From Zygnema circumcarinatum SAG 698-1b (taxonomy: Eukaryota > Plantae > Zygnematophyceae), in the NCBI GenBank assembly GCA_037447605.1, contig CM074804.1, forward strand, positions 4,875,909-4,939,908: a stretch of DNA of 64,000 nucleotides. The letters are read 5' to 3'. Positions within the stretch are counted from its first letter, which is position 1. Each line of letters begins with the position of its first letter. The position numbers were made by a program, and so were the translations under genes. Under the pieces are notes generated by a model, which was given only the letters and a program-made list of their open reading frames with translations, did no database searches and was not told the origin of the DNA. Below, one piece after another: positions 12,201 through 25,028 of this stretch.

Positions 12201-15200
12201 AGTTCCATACAAATAGGAGCAATTCCAGGGCAAACATTCATTGTATCGAAAAACACGGCCAAAACAAAGGTAATATTACTATAGTAATAGCCAATATTAC
12301 TTCTACCTTTTCATAGTCAAGGCCACCATAAATATCTCCAACCAACATGTCAACAGCCGCGTTATCTCCGCCTTGGCTTAGCTCCAAAATTTCATCAAAA
12401 CTGCTCGCCCGGCCGCCCGAAAATGCACGACAAATCAGCGGCTCCTTTGCCCCGTCCCTCCAAATACAGCCAATTTAATGCAACTGCCTCGTCTCTTTAC
12501 CCTTCGTAAGCCATGGAATTTTTTATGTTTAAGCAGGAACAGACGCACACAAAAACGAAGAGGAGCAGCACCTACAGTGGTGGTGCGTTCGTTTCAACGG
12601 ACTCTCATATCACGCCAACTCTTATTGCACACTAAGGACAGTTGCATAACAAGACTCAGCTGCACAACTTCCCTATCTTACCAACAGGCCGTACACATTT
12701 CATGGGCTTCGGTCACATTGGACCGAATGACAATTATTACTCAAACTGGATTTACGGGAGAAGAAAGAGACTATGACATGTGGACGCATGTGCTTATATG
12801 GTCCACAATCACAGCCCTTCATAGATACGCAAATACTAAGACAGCAAAGTGTAACCCAACCTTGTCGTCTTGGTGAGGAGTCGGCCGAGTCCCCAAAATG
12901 TTCCACCACCCAAGTTGGTGCCACTCACTCGTTGAAATTGGCCCGGCCCGTCTACCTGTCTTTGCAGGAAATGAGACAATCGGAGCTCTATGCTACTGAC
13001 ATCATACAATCCTCAGCATCAAAGAATTATTAACACACTCCTCTTGTTCAACAATTAAGGAGCAAAACGGCATCAAAGCAACCGTGACTATGCCTGATTC
13101 CTGAGGTTTAGTCTAAGTGAGGCAAATCTTGCTCAGCTAATTGGAGACTTCACGCCAACATCGACTAAATATTCATTCGGCACATGAGAGGTAACACGGA
13201 AAAGGTACAACTCTGAGAAAAAGCTTGCCCAGAATGTATTAAACATGAACACTATAGGAGGCCGCAACATTGGGGAGTCAAAAGTGCACCTTCAGGATGC
13301 TGACTCCTGAACCGATGTTCACAAGCAGGTATGGAAAGAGTTCTCCCTCATCGATCTGTACAAATTCCTTATGTCCTTCCAGATGTGTGAAGGCCTCATC
13401 CCGAATGGCCTGGCAACGTCACAGCTCACAGTTGTCATTGGGAAAGATTTCAAAAAAGAAAAATGACCACCTGAGACGATTTTTTATATCAATGGCACAG
13501 GAGAACGAAGCGGTGATTCCACCTTAAAATACATCAGCCAATGCATGTCCCAAGTTGGTGAAAGCTTAAATCCATTCTCCTACTTCAGAAGAGATTGATA
13601 GCAGTCATTCTCCCGCAACTTACATCGCCCACATTCTGTTAATAAGAATTTGCTACGTCCAGTGTGAGTCCTAATCATCATGGCAGGGAGAAAACGGGAC
13701 GGGGATCAGTGAATGCGCTAAGAACCTAATAGAGTGACAATTTAACCAGGTGGTTTACGAAGAGTTATACTCAGCAGTTTAAAAAAATTGGAAAACCACC
13801 GAAGCGGAAGCGAAGACTGTATGTTTTTGCTTGCATAAAGGACCTACCCTGAGCAGGAAGTTAGCTCCCGCCACCAGTGACTTCATTTCGTCCTCCTTTT
13901 CAAGTGTCACGCCCAATTTTTCCTTGAATTCGTCGGCATACTTGAATGCTCCACCACCTGTTGCCTGCTCAGTGTGCCCAACCGGCAAAAGCTTCAACGT
14001 TTTCCCTCGACATATCGACTTCCACCATAGTTCTACTTTATGCATTTCTTCACTTGTTGTTCACATCACACTCTTGCGAATAATAGGCGCACGCTACAGA
14101 TGGAGTTAGCTGCAGCGCAGTTCTCTGACGGCAGCACACGTCTCAACAAACTTGCGACAGAAGAACCCCACGTGTGATAGCCATATCTGAAAGTTCTTTT
14201 CTGGCCCTTTTCCTTTTCCTCTCCGTCTTTCAAGGCCTCACCACAAACGGAGCATCGTGCAGCTCCTGTTCCGTTCAATGACATTTAAGGCTGCTTACCT
14301 ATTCGACTGTTACAGGAGGTATTCTGTGCCGTTTTAAGTGCTGAGAGTACACCAGAAACGAAAGGAAAATGCTAATGCAAGTCTGCGTAGACTATGTAGG
14401 AAACGTGGAAATGCAAGCTACGTCGGCTATGCATAGTAAAACTATGCCTCCACTCTCTTATAGGTGAAGGCAACAACTTAAAACCAAATAGACATCAAAG
14501 GATGCCTCTCTCGTGTTGCCTTGAACGATGCAACTGGAACCCACTTCACCTTAATGGAGGTGACACCGTCACCAAATCTCCATGCGCCGCCCTCATCCAC
14601 ATCGGGTGCTGCGAATGAATCAACGATCAGGTATGGAACATCAATAGTGAAATCCAATACTAGTAATCTCCTTAACCAATTTCCCTCCAAGATCAAAGAC
14701 CATTAGAGCGTTCAAGATCGTTAACTGCGGCAGAAACAGCAGAGATCTATTGGATCACTGTGCTGGCAGTTCATGCAAGCTTTAGCACAAAAAGACTTCA
14801 ATGACTGTCAGATCTTGTGGCTCACTTTTGTAAGGATCCTACACGAGGCTGGGCCATGGCTAGGGATGGCCGGTTGTACGGAAATTATAAACTTTACTAT
14901 AGAAGTACTGGGATGCTATTTACAAACCTTTTTGGCTAGATACACACATTTTTCACCGGTCAGATTTAAGGGTTTTGGGGGTTTTTATTTAACCAAAAAG
15001 GTGTGCATCTAACCAGAAAAATATGTGTAAAAACCAAATTCCTAAAAATAATTTTAAATCAGAATTTTATAACGTATAAGGAAAATGCTATTTACACACC
15101 TTTTTTGTCTTGATACACACCTTTTTTCGCCGGTCTGATTTTATTTTAGGGTTTTTATGGTGATGGGGGGTTTTTTTTTTAAAGGAGTGTATCTAGACAA

Positions 15201-17299
15201 AAAAGGTGGGTAAATAGTAATTTCCCAATATAAAACCCAAATAATTTTGGTTTGTACGAACAAATGTACGGTCAGTACGAACGAATTTATTGTGAGATTG
15301 AACAGTACGGACATTATGGACGGTACGGCCGGTACAAGTCGCCAGTCGGTGACATGACGTCATCCCAAAATTGTTATAAAATTGAATTTCAAATGGACCC
15401 TAATTCTATAAGCGTTATGAAATTAATAAAAAAATTATAAAATAATTGCATTGCCATCCCTAGCCATGGCTGCAGATGGGTTGAGCCAGAACGTTTTGCT
15501 ATGGAAACGAAGGAAATTGAATGAAAAAACGAAAGACAAGATGATCACGAATGTACACGCACTTTGTTTCTCTCGTCTGCAAGTAGAGTTTAAGCTTGAG
15601 TGATTGGACATACAGCCAGTGAAAAGCTTGGTACAGCATGAAAAGAGGCTCACCAAGAGGATTATAGGACTGAAGTTTTTTCGACTGAATAAAGTCGAGG
15701 CAGTCCGATAGCTTGCTGGTTTCAAATTTCACAAAGTGAAGGCGCCCACCCAGAATCGGAAACTGTGTGCTTCTTTGGCTGCGTCCTGCCTGCAGTCGAT
15801 CGGCCAGTTCCTTTCTGCTATTCTGACGTACAAAGACCTGTGGAGATTCTACGGGCTCTGAATGGCGAGAGAAGTATACAAGCTTTATAAGGGATCCTGC
15901 AACCAAACACAAGGATAGTCTCCCGTCGAAAAATTATTCGGGTGAATGCACTGAAAGCATAACGCAGGACTGCTCGAAGATAAAACAAATTTTGCACTCG
16001 TGAAAGAGGGCGAATTGGTTTCTAAGAGTTTGAAGCATTTTCCACAAAGCTGACGATTCTGATGCTTCTTCATTCAAACAATATTTTTACATGCTTTAGT
16101 TCTTATGGGTACATAATTGACAACCACACATATTGCATGGTATTTATTGTTTTAGAACAAATCGACCATGTACTGATCAGGTCCTGAAACAACACTACCG
16201 ATTGCTGCATTCAGCATTGATCAGCAAAAGGACGTCCAACTGTCAGTTTGAATGACCTAGGTTGAAAATTATCAAGAATAAGTCATTAAAAAAAAGAAGA
16301 CTGCCTTCCACACGTCTACATTAATCTCAAATAAATCTGCCAATGGCACACGTTACTCTTTCTTGTATCATCATTTGTAAGTTCCACACAGGAGTTACTT
16401 CGTTATCTTCTACTTAAAATCAAACCGCCAATGTTTCCGTTTGGTTCGTACACCTGAACAGTCGCGAAAAATTCTGACTAGATTTTATTATTAGAAAATG
16501 TCAAATATGCGGCATCTTGAATGTTTCTTGAAATTATTCCCCTAACATTCTGCTTCAAAAAGCTACATGCATGATTCAATAGCTGGAACAAGTTAAAAGC
16601 TCACAATTAAAATTTTACTACTCTCACTACATTGGAAAGTGGCACAACTGATTGAGCTGCGCCAAAAAGTTCTCTAGCCTCTCACAAGTTATTTTCTTTG
16701 AAAAAGTGAATCAAAACGAAAAAAGAAGGGTTCCGCTAGGACATAACAAACCATTTGGCCCACACTTAGGCGTGTTTAAGCCTGCAATTTGCACAGCAGG
16801 GACATAAGCATCTCGCTAAGCGTCAATAAATTCCCTGAATAATTTTCGTAGTGTGCTCTCATTCCTCCGTAGTTAATGTGCGCCAATACGCGACCGGCCT
16901 TGAGAAACTTCCCTCTGAACTGGACGAAGAAGGGCCCATGAACTCACCTCCAATATCGATGGCGAAATGTGACACATCACTTGTCTGGTTGGGGAGCACA
17001 ATGCTCGGGTTCTTGTCCTCCCGTGACCCCTGAATTGCAGCTCCAGAGAGGTCCAGAAACGGCCGCCCGAAGGCGTTGTTACCGCTATGGCTGCCATGGA
17101 GCTCACCGGAGGAGACAGCCCCCCCCTCCTCCTCTCGTTTGCTTACATCCGAAGCCTCGCCACGGCTGCCATGAGCTGCGCCGGTCTGCTGCTCCTCCAT
17201 GTCCCCGCCCTCCTCCTCCATGGCTCCCCTCGCTCCCCCCCTGCCCCTCGCTCCCCCAAAAGTGCTTCTCCTCCTGTACGAACCGTACGGTGTCGCCAT
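6212..17299 (-). CDS. PANK2: Pantothenate kinase 2 (type II PanK fused to DUF89/ARMT1-like phosphatase domain), 22 exons
   Basis: Exons 17299-16948, 15896-15654, 14608-14550, 13964-13848, 13409-13290, 12955-12861, 12400-12307, 12158-12027, 11761-11649, 11133-10941, 10695-10493, 9935-9891, 9547-9499, 9271-9189, 9008-8892, 8629-8566, 8197-8051, 7745-7584, 7411-7328, 7182-6976, 6788-6717, 6304-6212; all GT-AG with consistent phase. Motifs IDIGGSLIKLVYF, TGGGAFKYA, LLVNIGSGVSI, GTNLGGGTFWGLG, LAANIFDWGS, LFVDNAGAD, VVLEGMGRSLHTN, YDCVCRYEP follow plant PanK2. Start could be the ATG at 17222. Confidence 0.95.
14861..15462. mobile_element. Non-autonomous hAT element (MITE, 602 bp) in PANK2 intron 2
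   Basis: Ends TAGGGATGGC ... GCCATCCCTA (10-bp TIR, similar to the Ac end (T/C)AGGGATG). Identical 8-bp TSD GCCATGGC at 14853-14860 and 15463-15470. AT-rich interior with no transposase ORF. Confidence 0.9.
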
Positions 17300-17510
17300 C
17301 GGACCGTACGAATCGTACGAAAAACAAGTGCTGTCAGATCTGTGTCACAACGGCTCGTTCAACTGCCAACGGGCGGACGCGCCGGTCCATGTGGGAGGAT
17401 GCTCGGGGGAGGGCGCCAACTGCCATGCTCGGAGCGGAGGGGTGGAGGGGAGAGAGAGAGAGGGCGGGAGGGGACGGCTTTACTTATGTCCTGTGGCCTT
17501 TCTAGCAAGC

Positions 17511-20500
17511 ATGAGGCATCCACGCAGCAGGAATCAAGGAGTGGATGAGACACTTTGGGAAGTGAAAGACGGTCCTCACCGGACGGAGAATGGCAATGAA
17601 GGGCTGCAGGGGAGTGGAGAGGAGACTGCTCTCTTGAAAGCTGTTGGGCAAGCTCCTCTTGAGGATCCTTTTTCCTCTCTGCATTTGGAACGGCCGCAGA
17701 GGAGAGCGAGAAAACCGCGCGCAGAACGAAGTTTTTCCCGGAAGGGCGTCTTAGTTTGGCAGATCAGCTGCTGCGTTTTTGGAGGAGTGCTGGTTCTACT
17801 CATGCTCTCCCTTTTTCAAGGAAGTTTTTCTTCATTAAAATCACTGAAAGACAAGGTACTTTTGCAGCAAGATAAGCTTCAACCTTTTTTATTTATTGCT
17901 TCGCATGGATGCACAGCAGTGCGGTGCAGAGGAAAGAGATATGGAAGCGATTTGCTGCTAAATTCGATGGAAGGGGAAAACTCAAATTTACTCTGCAGTG
18001 TACACGATTGTTGCCTGTGATGAGTTATGCAGTTCACTCTGAAAAAACTCTGAAAGCTAGCTATCACCCTAGCGCTTGGTAGTGAGGAAGTTGAAAAAGT
18101 TGCTTCCGCTACATTGTTACTGCAACAAACAACGCTTGTGGGTGTGTACATAACACGATATACATGATACGTTCGTGTATTCAAGCATGTAAAAACGTTA
18201 TGAGTGGTGACAGTAGTTTAATTTTCACCATCTTCATGAAACGTATATCCATGTACATACCCACATCCATGTTCTTATATCCATATCCATGTATATTCTT
18301 TGTAGCTATACCCGTTTGTATTAGTGAAGGCATGTAGTTTGGATCGGGAAACTGAATGAGAATAATTCAATGCACAGCTGCCCAACATAATCCATCGAGT
18401 GAAAATTCTGAAGTATTCTGAAGTATGTGTCTGCATATGCCTGCGCAGTTATGTAAGTCGTTGGATCAGTCAAGCATCTAACTCTAGCAGGCATATCCAT
18501 GGCTGGTAGTCATTCGCAATTGTCAGATTTTCTTCGACGTAAGGCTGCTCCATCTGAGCTTCCTGTACGGGCTTTTGTTTACCTCGCCACATAAGCGTCA
18601 TTTCTTAATTTTATTGTTCTATTGCTCACTCAATTAGACGCCTAGCTAAGGTTTACTTGACTCATGAAGTAAGAACTTTGCTTCAATTTGTAAAAAGGTA
18701 CGTTCTGATTGCGGATATTGAATGCCACAGAAATTGGAGAATGAAGAATCTCCAGCATCTATCTCTGTTGCAACACACACCGGAGACAAAGAGGATCCTC
18801 AGGATTGTAGTTTGCACTCGGAAGAACATCTCAAGCGGGCAGGCAAGCAGGGTTGCTGGAGCCTCCGTGGAAACACTAACCTATATCCTCCTATCAGAAA
18901 GCATAGCAGGCCGACAGCAGCACTTTTGAAAGCTCTCAGACATTACGAAAAGCTGCACAAGGTACTCGTCGTGGCCCGTGTGGATGATGGACCCAAGAAA
19001 GTTGTGATGTTCTATTGACCATAGAGGCAATAGTGTTGAAAGCTTAAGGATTTTTGAGGACGGCTGAAATGGGCCCACACTAAGGAACAAATATAGGAGA
19101 GGCCAACAACGACATGTATCAGAAATGTACTGAAATTCCAAAATAATGCGTTATTAGAGCCAGTAGGTGGTAACATTTGTAGGTCTAGGCTATCCTTTCA
19201 CTTGATTTACGCAAGCCTACAGATTAAGTCTTAGAATGACAAAGATCTCTTACGTAGGACTAATTCTTGATAGTTCACTCTTCAATCACCTGTTCTGCTG
19301 CAGCACCAGGAAGGTGTTTTCTGAGGATTAATTTTTGTCTGTTAGTACATATCTGCCGTAAAATCATCTCCACCAGAGAGCTTTGTATAACCAATCACAT
19401 AGGTCGGTGTCTTCAAAACAGTCAAAACTTGAAGTAAAGGTCGAGAAGTAGAGTTTGATCTATGACTTAGCTGAGAACAAGGGAGAGTCATTGTTGTACA
19501 TAACAATACTCAGCCTGTTAGATGCTGTTATGATGCCTCAGATAAGTCAATTTGGATGATTAATAATCAATGGGGCAATCCAGATGGATCTAAGGCAGTC
19601 ATGCGGAGTGGTCGCTGTTGCCATTGCAGAGCTGCGTGGCCGGGATATCTACAGGCGAGTGGGAGAAGCACTTCAATAGCCCTCTGCCTGGCTACAAGCA
19701 TTGCAAGTTGTCTCGCCCTTTTGAACTACATTTATCATTTACACACCCCCCCCCCCCCCCCCCCCCCCCCCCCCNNNNNNNNNNCCCCCCCCCCCCCCCC
19801 CCCGCCCCAACATCATGCTTGGCAAACCCTGTTTTATAGCATCGCTCCTTGTCTTTGTCAAAAATTGAGATGTGATCTACAATTTCCAAACGCAGTGAAC
19901 CCGTTTATCAGAACCTTCTCTTTCAGGAAATGGTTGATGAATTTTTCAATCGTCCAACAAACGTCAAACCTTTCCCAAGTATCCGGATTGGTCTTCTGGG
20001 GAATACTTTATGATAACCACTTAAATGTTGGAGGTAGTTCATGTTTCTCATCCCCGGGCTGCTTTCCACAGGTACTTGATCTGGATGGAGCCAAACCGAG
20101 GCGTCCCCACTCGCCTCCTTTCCTTGGTTTCCGCCTTCCTTTATGCAATCCTCACAGAACGTACCCTTCTGGTTCGAACAGATCAGGGCATGTCTAGGTA
20201 AATAATACAATAGTATATATGGCTTCACAGAGAGAGAGAGAGCTGCAATCTCGTCTGAGTCCAGAGCTGAGTCTCAGATGGAGCCTATGATGTTGTCTAT
20301 GCTGCCAAATTTTGGGCCAACTTCAAAAAGGGCTACGAGTGCAAGCAAGTCTGTTCAGCTTGACTTTCCAAGCTTGAGAAGCTTAGGGTGCAGCTGCCTC
20401 TGTGCTGAATGTCTATTTTGACTGTGGGGTGGGAGCAGCCTTTTGTGTGAGCCATTTCCACTTTCTTCATGGTGGATGCCCAGTGGCTTTTGGCCGGAAA

Positions 20501-23500
20501 CGCTTTCTGTGGCACCTCATCAGGGGGAGTATGTCAATGGCAGTACAAGCAACTGGGTCAATCCGGTACTTGCAATGCACCAGATTGGCTCTAATTGACG
20601 GCTTTGAAATAATGTATGCGTGGTGAGACTGAAGACTGCCAAGGGGCAGGAGGTTCGCAATGGTCGCATGAATGGGCTGAATGGAAGAAGACTTTAAGAC
20701 ATGGCAGTTCGTCATGAGCTGGACTGTTTGAAGGCGTTTGTACTTCTTTAGTCTGACCTTGTTGCTGGGTCTCACTCTACTGCAGCTTGACTTTGTCATT
20801 GTCTTTCCTGATGGGGTGGATACTATGGACGGAGCAACCAGCCAACAAATCGCCAAGATTTGGTCAACATCTATCTTCATGTGAGTCAAATATTATTTTG
20901 ACTTTACTTTATACTGTCATAACTTGCTTATGCTTGCAATCCAGGGACATCATGTGGTGATAAAGGTAAACTTTTATATGCTGGATGTTGAAGGGAATGT
21001 GGACCTTCCAACCTTTTCGCACTCTCTTAGTTGTCTTGATTATTCTGATTTGAATTTCAAACCGTTCCCTCTTTTGAAGCACCCCCCAGTAACACAAATG
21101 GGCCTACTATTGCCAAGGATGTTATGCTACTTATTCTATCATGCGGTAATGCGTACCATCCATAACTGTATAGCTTGTGAATGCAGGAATGGAATCAGGG
21201 TATTCTCTTTGGGTAATAGCCTGGCTTACTGAACAGAGGGAGCTATCTTGGGCATGCAACAGGATAAACCGTGGGAGGCGGACTGGCAGTTCTTCTGTGA
21301 TTCCATGCAGGCAGCTCTTGCCAACGTTACATGGATGACATTTTTCAGTGATCAGGTATGCTGGGTGTGCACGTGGAGCATGTAAGCTGATGTTGTTCAA
21401 GTTCTGGAGTGCTGCGGCCTCTGTTGCTCGACGTAACTAGTCAATAACCTCCTTTTCTTTCTGTTATGTTCACTGGAAGACACATGCAGCTGATGCTAAT
21501 TGCAGACAATCTGAAGGTATTCAGACATGCATAGTGGATTCCTGGCTGAATTATGGATTGTAACTTTGTGTTGTCGCAGCCGTCTAAAATTGATACACAC
21601 TGCTTATGTGTTCAAAGCTAATGCAACCAAATTCTCTGTATATCAGTCTAAAGGATTGGAGCCCTGCTATCCAATAGTTATGCATTGCCAAAAGTGAGAC
21701 AGGCTTGAGTAGGGCTCATATGTGACCTGGACCATCACTCGACAAGGAGACTCAAAGACCGGTGTGACCTTGCCTGTGTATGCTGGTATATCCGTATGAT
21801 ATCTATCGAAGCTTTTTTTGGTTGTTTCCAAAGGAATAGGGGACAGGACAGCAGGAGCTTTTAATTCATAGTAGAATGCATTTTTTCAACATATTCACAC
21901 TTCACTCTGGCATGTAATTGCAGTACGTTGTTCCAGGACTCTTCCTCGTTCCCCAGTTTCACCAGCAGCTAAGCCAACTGTTCCCAAACCGAGTGGTTCT
22001 TACAAATCTTGGACGGTATCTCCTACATCCCCATAATGCAGTGTGGGAGAGAGTGTCCCGATCGCATAGCGGATACTTGCGGCATGCTCATCGAAGGGTG
22101 GGGATCCATGTGCAAACGTTTGGTGAAACCGGTCCAGTTGTGTACCAGGTCTGAACCCCTCCTGCCATTCCCGCAAGCTACCACTTGTAGTTAGAGAAAT
22201 ACATGGACACTTCAAAAGACAAATTCACCTCATTTTATAAAATGTTGAGGTTATGAGAGATAGTGCAATTGTGTGTGCGTGCAACTCCTCTGAAAGTTGA
22301 GGCGATGCAACGGAAATCTTGAACTGGAAGTGAAGCTTTAAATCTTGACACATGCCGGTTGCTGCACGATGTATGCTCCCACTTTACAGAGAATATTGGA
22401 TTGTGGTACTAGCCATCACCTGATCCCCAGTCCGATTTCAGCCGATGAATGGAGAGCCTACTTGAAAAGAACAGCCGACAACGAAATCTTTGTCCAGAAG
22501 CAAGTGTCAGCAGAGGAGAAAGGAACGAAGCCCTATTTGTTGGCAGTGTTTGTGGCCTCCACGGATCTGCAAGCTTTTACTTACCTGAAGCAGGCTTTTT
22601 CGGAGCAGCCAGTAGAAAATCACAGGTGAGAGTTATTAAAGAAAACCAAAAGCTAGCCACCTTCAAGGAAGCCTAACAATGGCTGTGTAGAGTAGTGCAC
22701 TCTGGCATCAACGATGAGTTGGAAGTGAATTACGTGAACACTGTCAGAAATCTATGAACTTCCTTGGATGCTTGCTGCTGTGGGGCCCACAGTATTGCCT
22801 CTGGAGCAATGGTTCTGTAAATCGTCCTCAAGTGAGGATTACAAAGTGGTGTACTTTCCCTGCAGAAAATGCTCGTTGCTTGAAATATATAGGAGATGCA
22901 TCTAACTCGTATTCAACCACTGCTTTTTCTTTTTCAGTGTGGTGACAGTGTTCACAGAGAGCTCAGTGTATGAAAATGCTCTATTGAGTCCGGAGCAAAA
23001 GGCTCTTGCAGAACTATGGCTCCTTAGCCTCAGTGACAGCCTCCTTATAAGGTAAATTTTTTTTGACGATCTGAAAGTGAAAAGAAGAAAAGAAACTTGT
23101 ACTGTTGACACCGAGAAACAAGTCGAGAATGTGAATGCTTGTTTTTTACGGCAAAAGCTACTCAATGCTCTACTATTGAAAGCAGGCAGTGCAAAGCAAG
23201 CTGAACCCCGTAAAGATAATCTCTCCGTTTTCCTTAGAAATAGAAGTGCGCCATCTCCTGAAGTTAGCTTCTTTTTGAAAGGGAAAAACTGCACATATGT
23301 GGGTGTATATGGAGAGAAACAAGTGTGCACTCAAACATCTGTGGATGAGAAAACCACACTGCATCGTAACATGCACACTGACAAACCCCTGTTTTGCCAG
23401 CATATTTAAAAAAAAAAAAAAAAACCTTTATACATAGTGGCTTCTTTGCTCCACGTCAACGCAGAATTAGTTCACTGAATTAGTCTCCTTGTTGTTTTGT

Positions 23501-23834
23501 GCATTTGTGCAGCTACCGTTCCGCATTCGGGCACCTCGCCTCAGGACTTGCAGGGCAGCCGACTTACTTGATGAACATTGTTGACTGGCAATCAGAGAAG
23601 GTTTCGGACCACTGGAGGACGAACGGGCGCCCTTTGTGCGAGAGGGCGCTGGCGGAGGAGGGCTGCCAGCAGGTCGCCGCGGAGGTCCGCCTGAAGTGCT
23701 CCTCTGACCCGCGCGGCGATGGAACGGGAGGGCGAACGGAGCTCCATGCAAGCGACGATCCTGCCACTTGGCTGCCCTACATCAGGCGCTGTCAGGACAG
23801 GGAAGACGGCCTAATCGTAATGCCCATAGTTTAA
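17511..23834 (+). CDS. GT37 (xyloglucan/AGP alpha-1,2-fucosyltransferase, FUT1-like) homologue, type II membrane protein
   Basis: Exons approx. 17511-17855, 18731-18961, 19630-19706, 20072-20197, 20439-~20565, ~21237-21355, 21924-22148, 22390-22625, 22938-23051, 23513-23834. TM helix LVWQISCCVFGGVLVLLMLSLF. Collinear GT37 motifs: ALRHYEKLHKSC, CKYLIW...RLLSLVSAFLYAILTERTLLV, LCEPF...SW, FFC, SDQYVVPGLF...LGRYLLHPHNAVW, KALAELWLLSLSD, SAFG, RRCQD...GL. The 20565/21237 junction and the weak donor at 19707 are unresolved. Confidence 0.88.
19746..19803. repeat. Poly-C homopolymer interrupted by a 10-N assembly gap (19775-19784) in a GT37 intron
   Basis: Directly visible; true length unknown. Confidence 0.95.
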
Positions 23835-25028
23835 GCAGTTCTTTTTAGGTACAGCCTTGCGAATTTCGGGTACTTTGGAAAGCGCAGTTCGGTAGGATAA
23901 GAAACAACATAAAGCGACGACAACCAAACACATAATCAACTGGCTAAATTATTAAAATATAGTCGTATAAAAAAGTTGCGCATGCTAGCAGACCGATCAG
24001 AGCAGATGGAGCAGCAGACCGCCTCCGGTTGCAAAGGAAATAGTCTACTAGGCTGTCAGTTAGAGTTGAAATTGTTCCGCGTGTTGACGTGATGAGAGGG
24101 TACTCACGAAGAGCCTCACCGTGTCTTTTCTTTTTTCATTAGTTCTTCGTTTCTGTTACCTTTCAGATGTCACAGTGGGATTTGGGATGACAATCACTTG
24201 GCTTGGTCAAGAAGAAGCAAGAAGTCGACAAATAAACTACTGAAGTAAAAAATACCAAACGAACATTAGTCAAAATCACTTTATCAGAGTTCTTGATTGT
24301 ATTCGCCCATAGGTCATATTAGTAACACTTCGGGAAGATGAAGTCGACGGAACTCTTCAAGTCACTCTAGACGATACGCAACAGCTGCGCTGCCTTATGA
24401 TTCAGGATGAGAACTAACCACATCAAGGGTCTAGGTTGGTACGAACGAGCCATTAGTCACAGTCTGGTCGAGAATTTGCCAGGCGTAATCGGACCCAATA
24501 GGTTTTTGTTAGGTACAAACGCGTGTGTACGGGCAATGAGTACAAGACTTGTTTTCACTAGAGGATAACGCCATGGTGACCTGAGCTTTACTTTATTGAA
24601 CCGTAAAGGCGGCATACTTTGCAGCTGCCATTCCTCCCCCCTCCACCCTCCTGCTCGCAAAAGCATCGGTTAGCCTGTATTTTTTGTACAAAGTGCTCCG
24701 CAATTTTCCATATCCTGAGTGGCCCTCTTTCTAATCCAACTCTCCTCAGCAGCCCTCCCTGGCAACCCCTCCCATACTCTCGGACACGCTCAAACAGCTT
24801 CGCAGAACAATCTGCTCCGTGGCTTCATACTCAACTGTAACAATTGCTACCGGATAATATGGCACATCCTTTGCTACATGAAAAAATTTGTACTCCGGAA
24901 CTGCAAAAACCGCAGAATTGAAAGGTGGATGGACGCAGAACACGAGCAGCGGTGGTACTCATCCTTTTGTTTGTAGTGAGCTCCTCGCGTTTCAATATGG
25001 AAAAATCAAAGCCTCCTGATCTTCAAGT

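Noticed and set aside
17199-17510. In-frame upstream extension of the GT37 ORF antisense to PANK2 exon 1
   Set aside because: Low-complexity GC-rich sequence stays open by chance; a type II membrane protein fits the 17511 start better.
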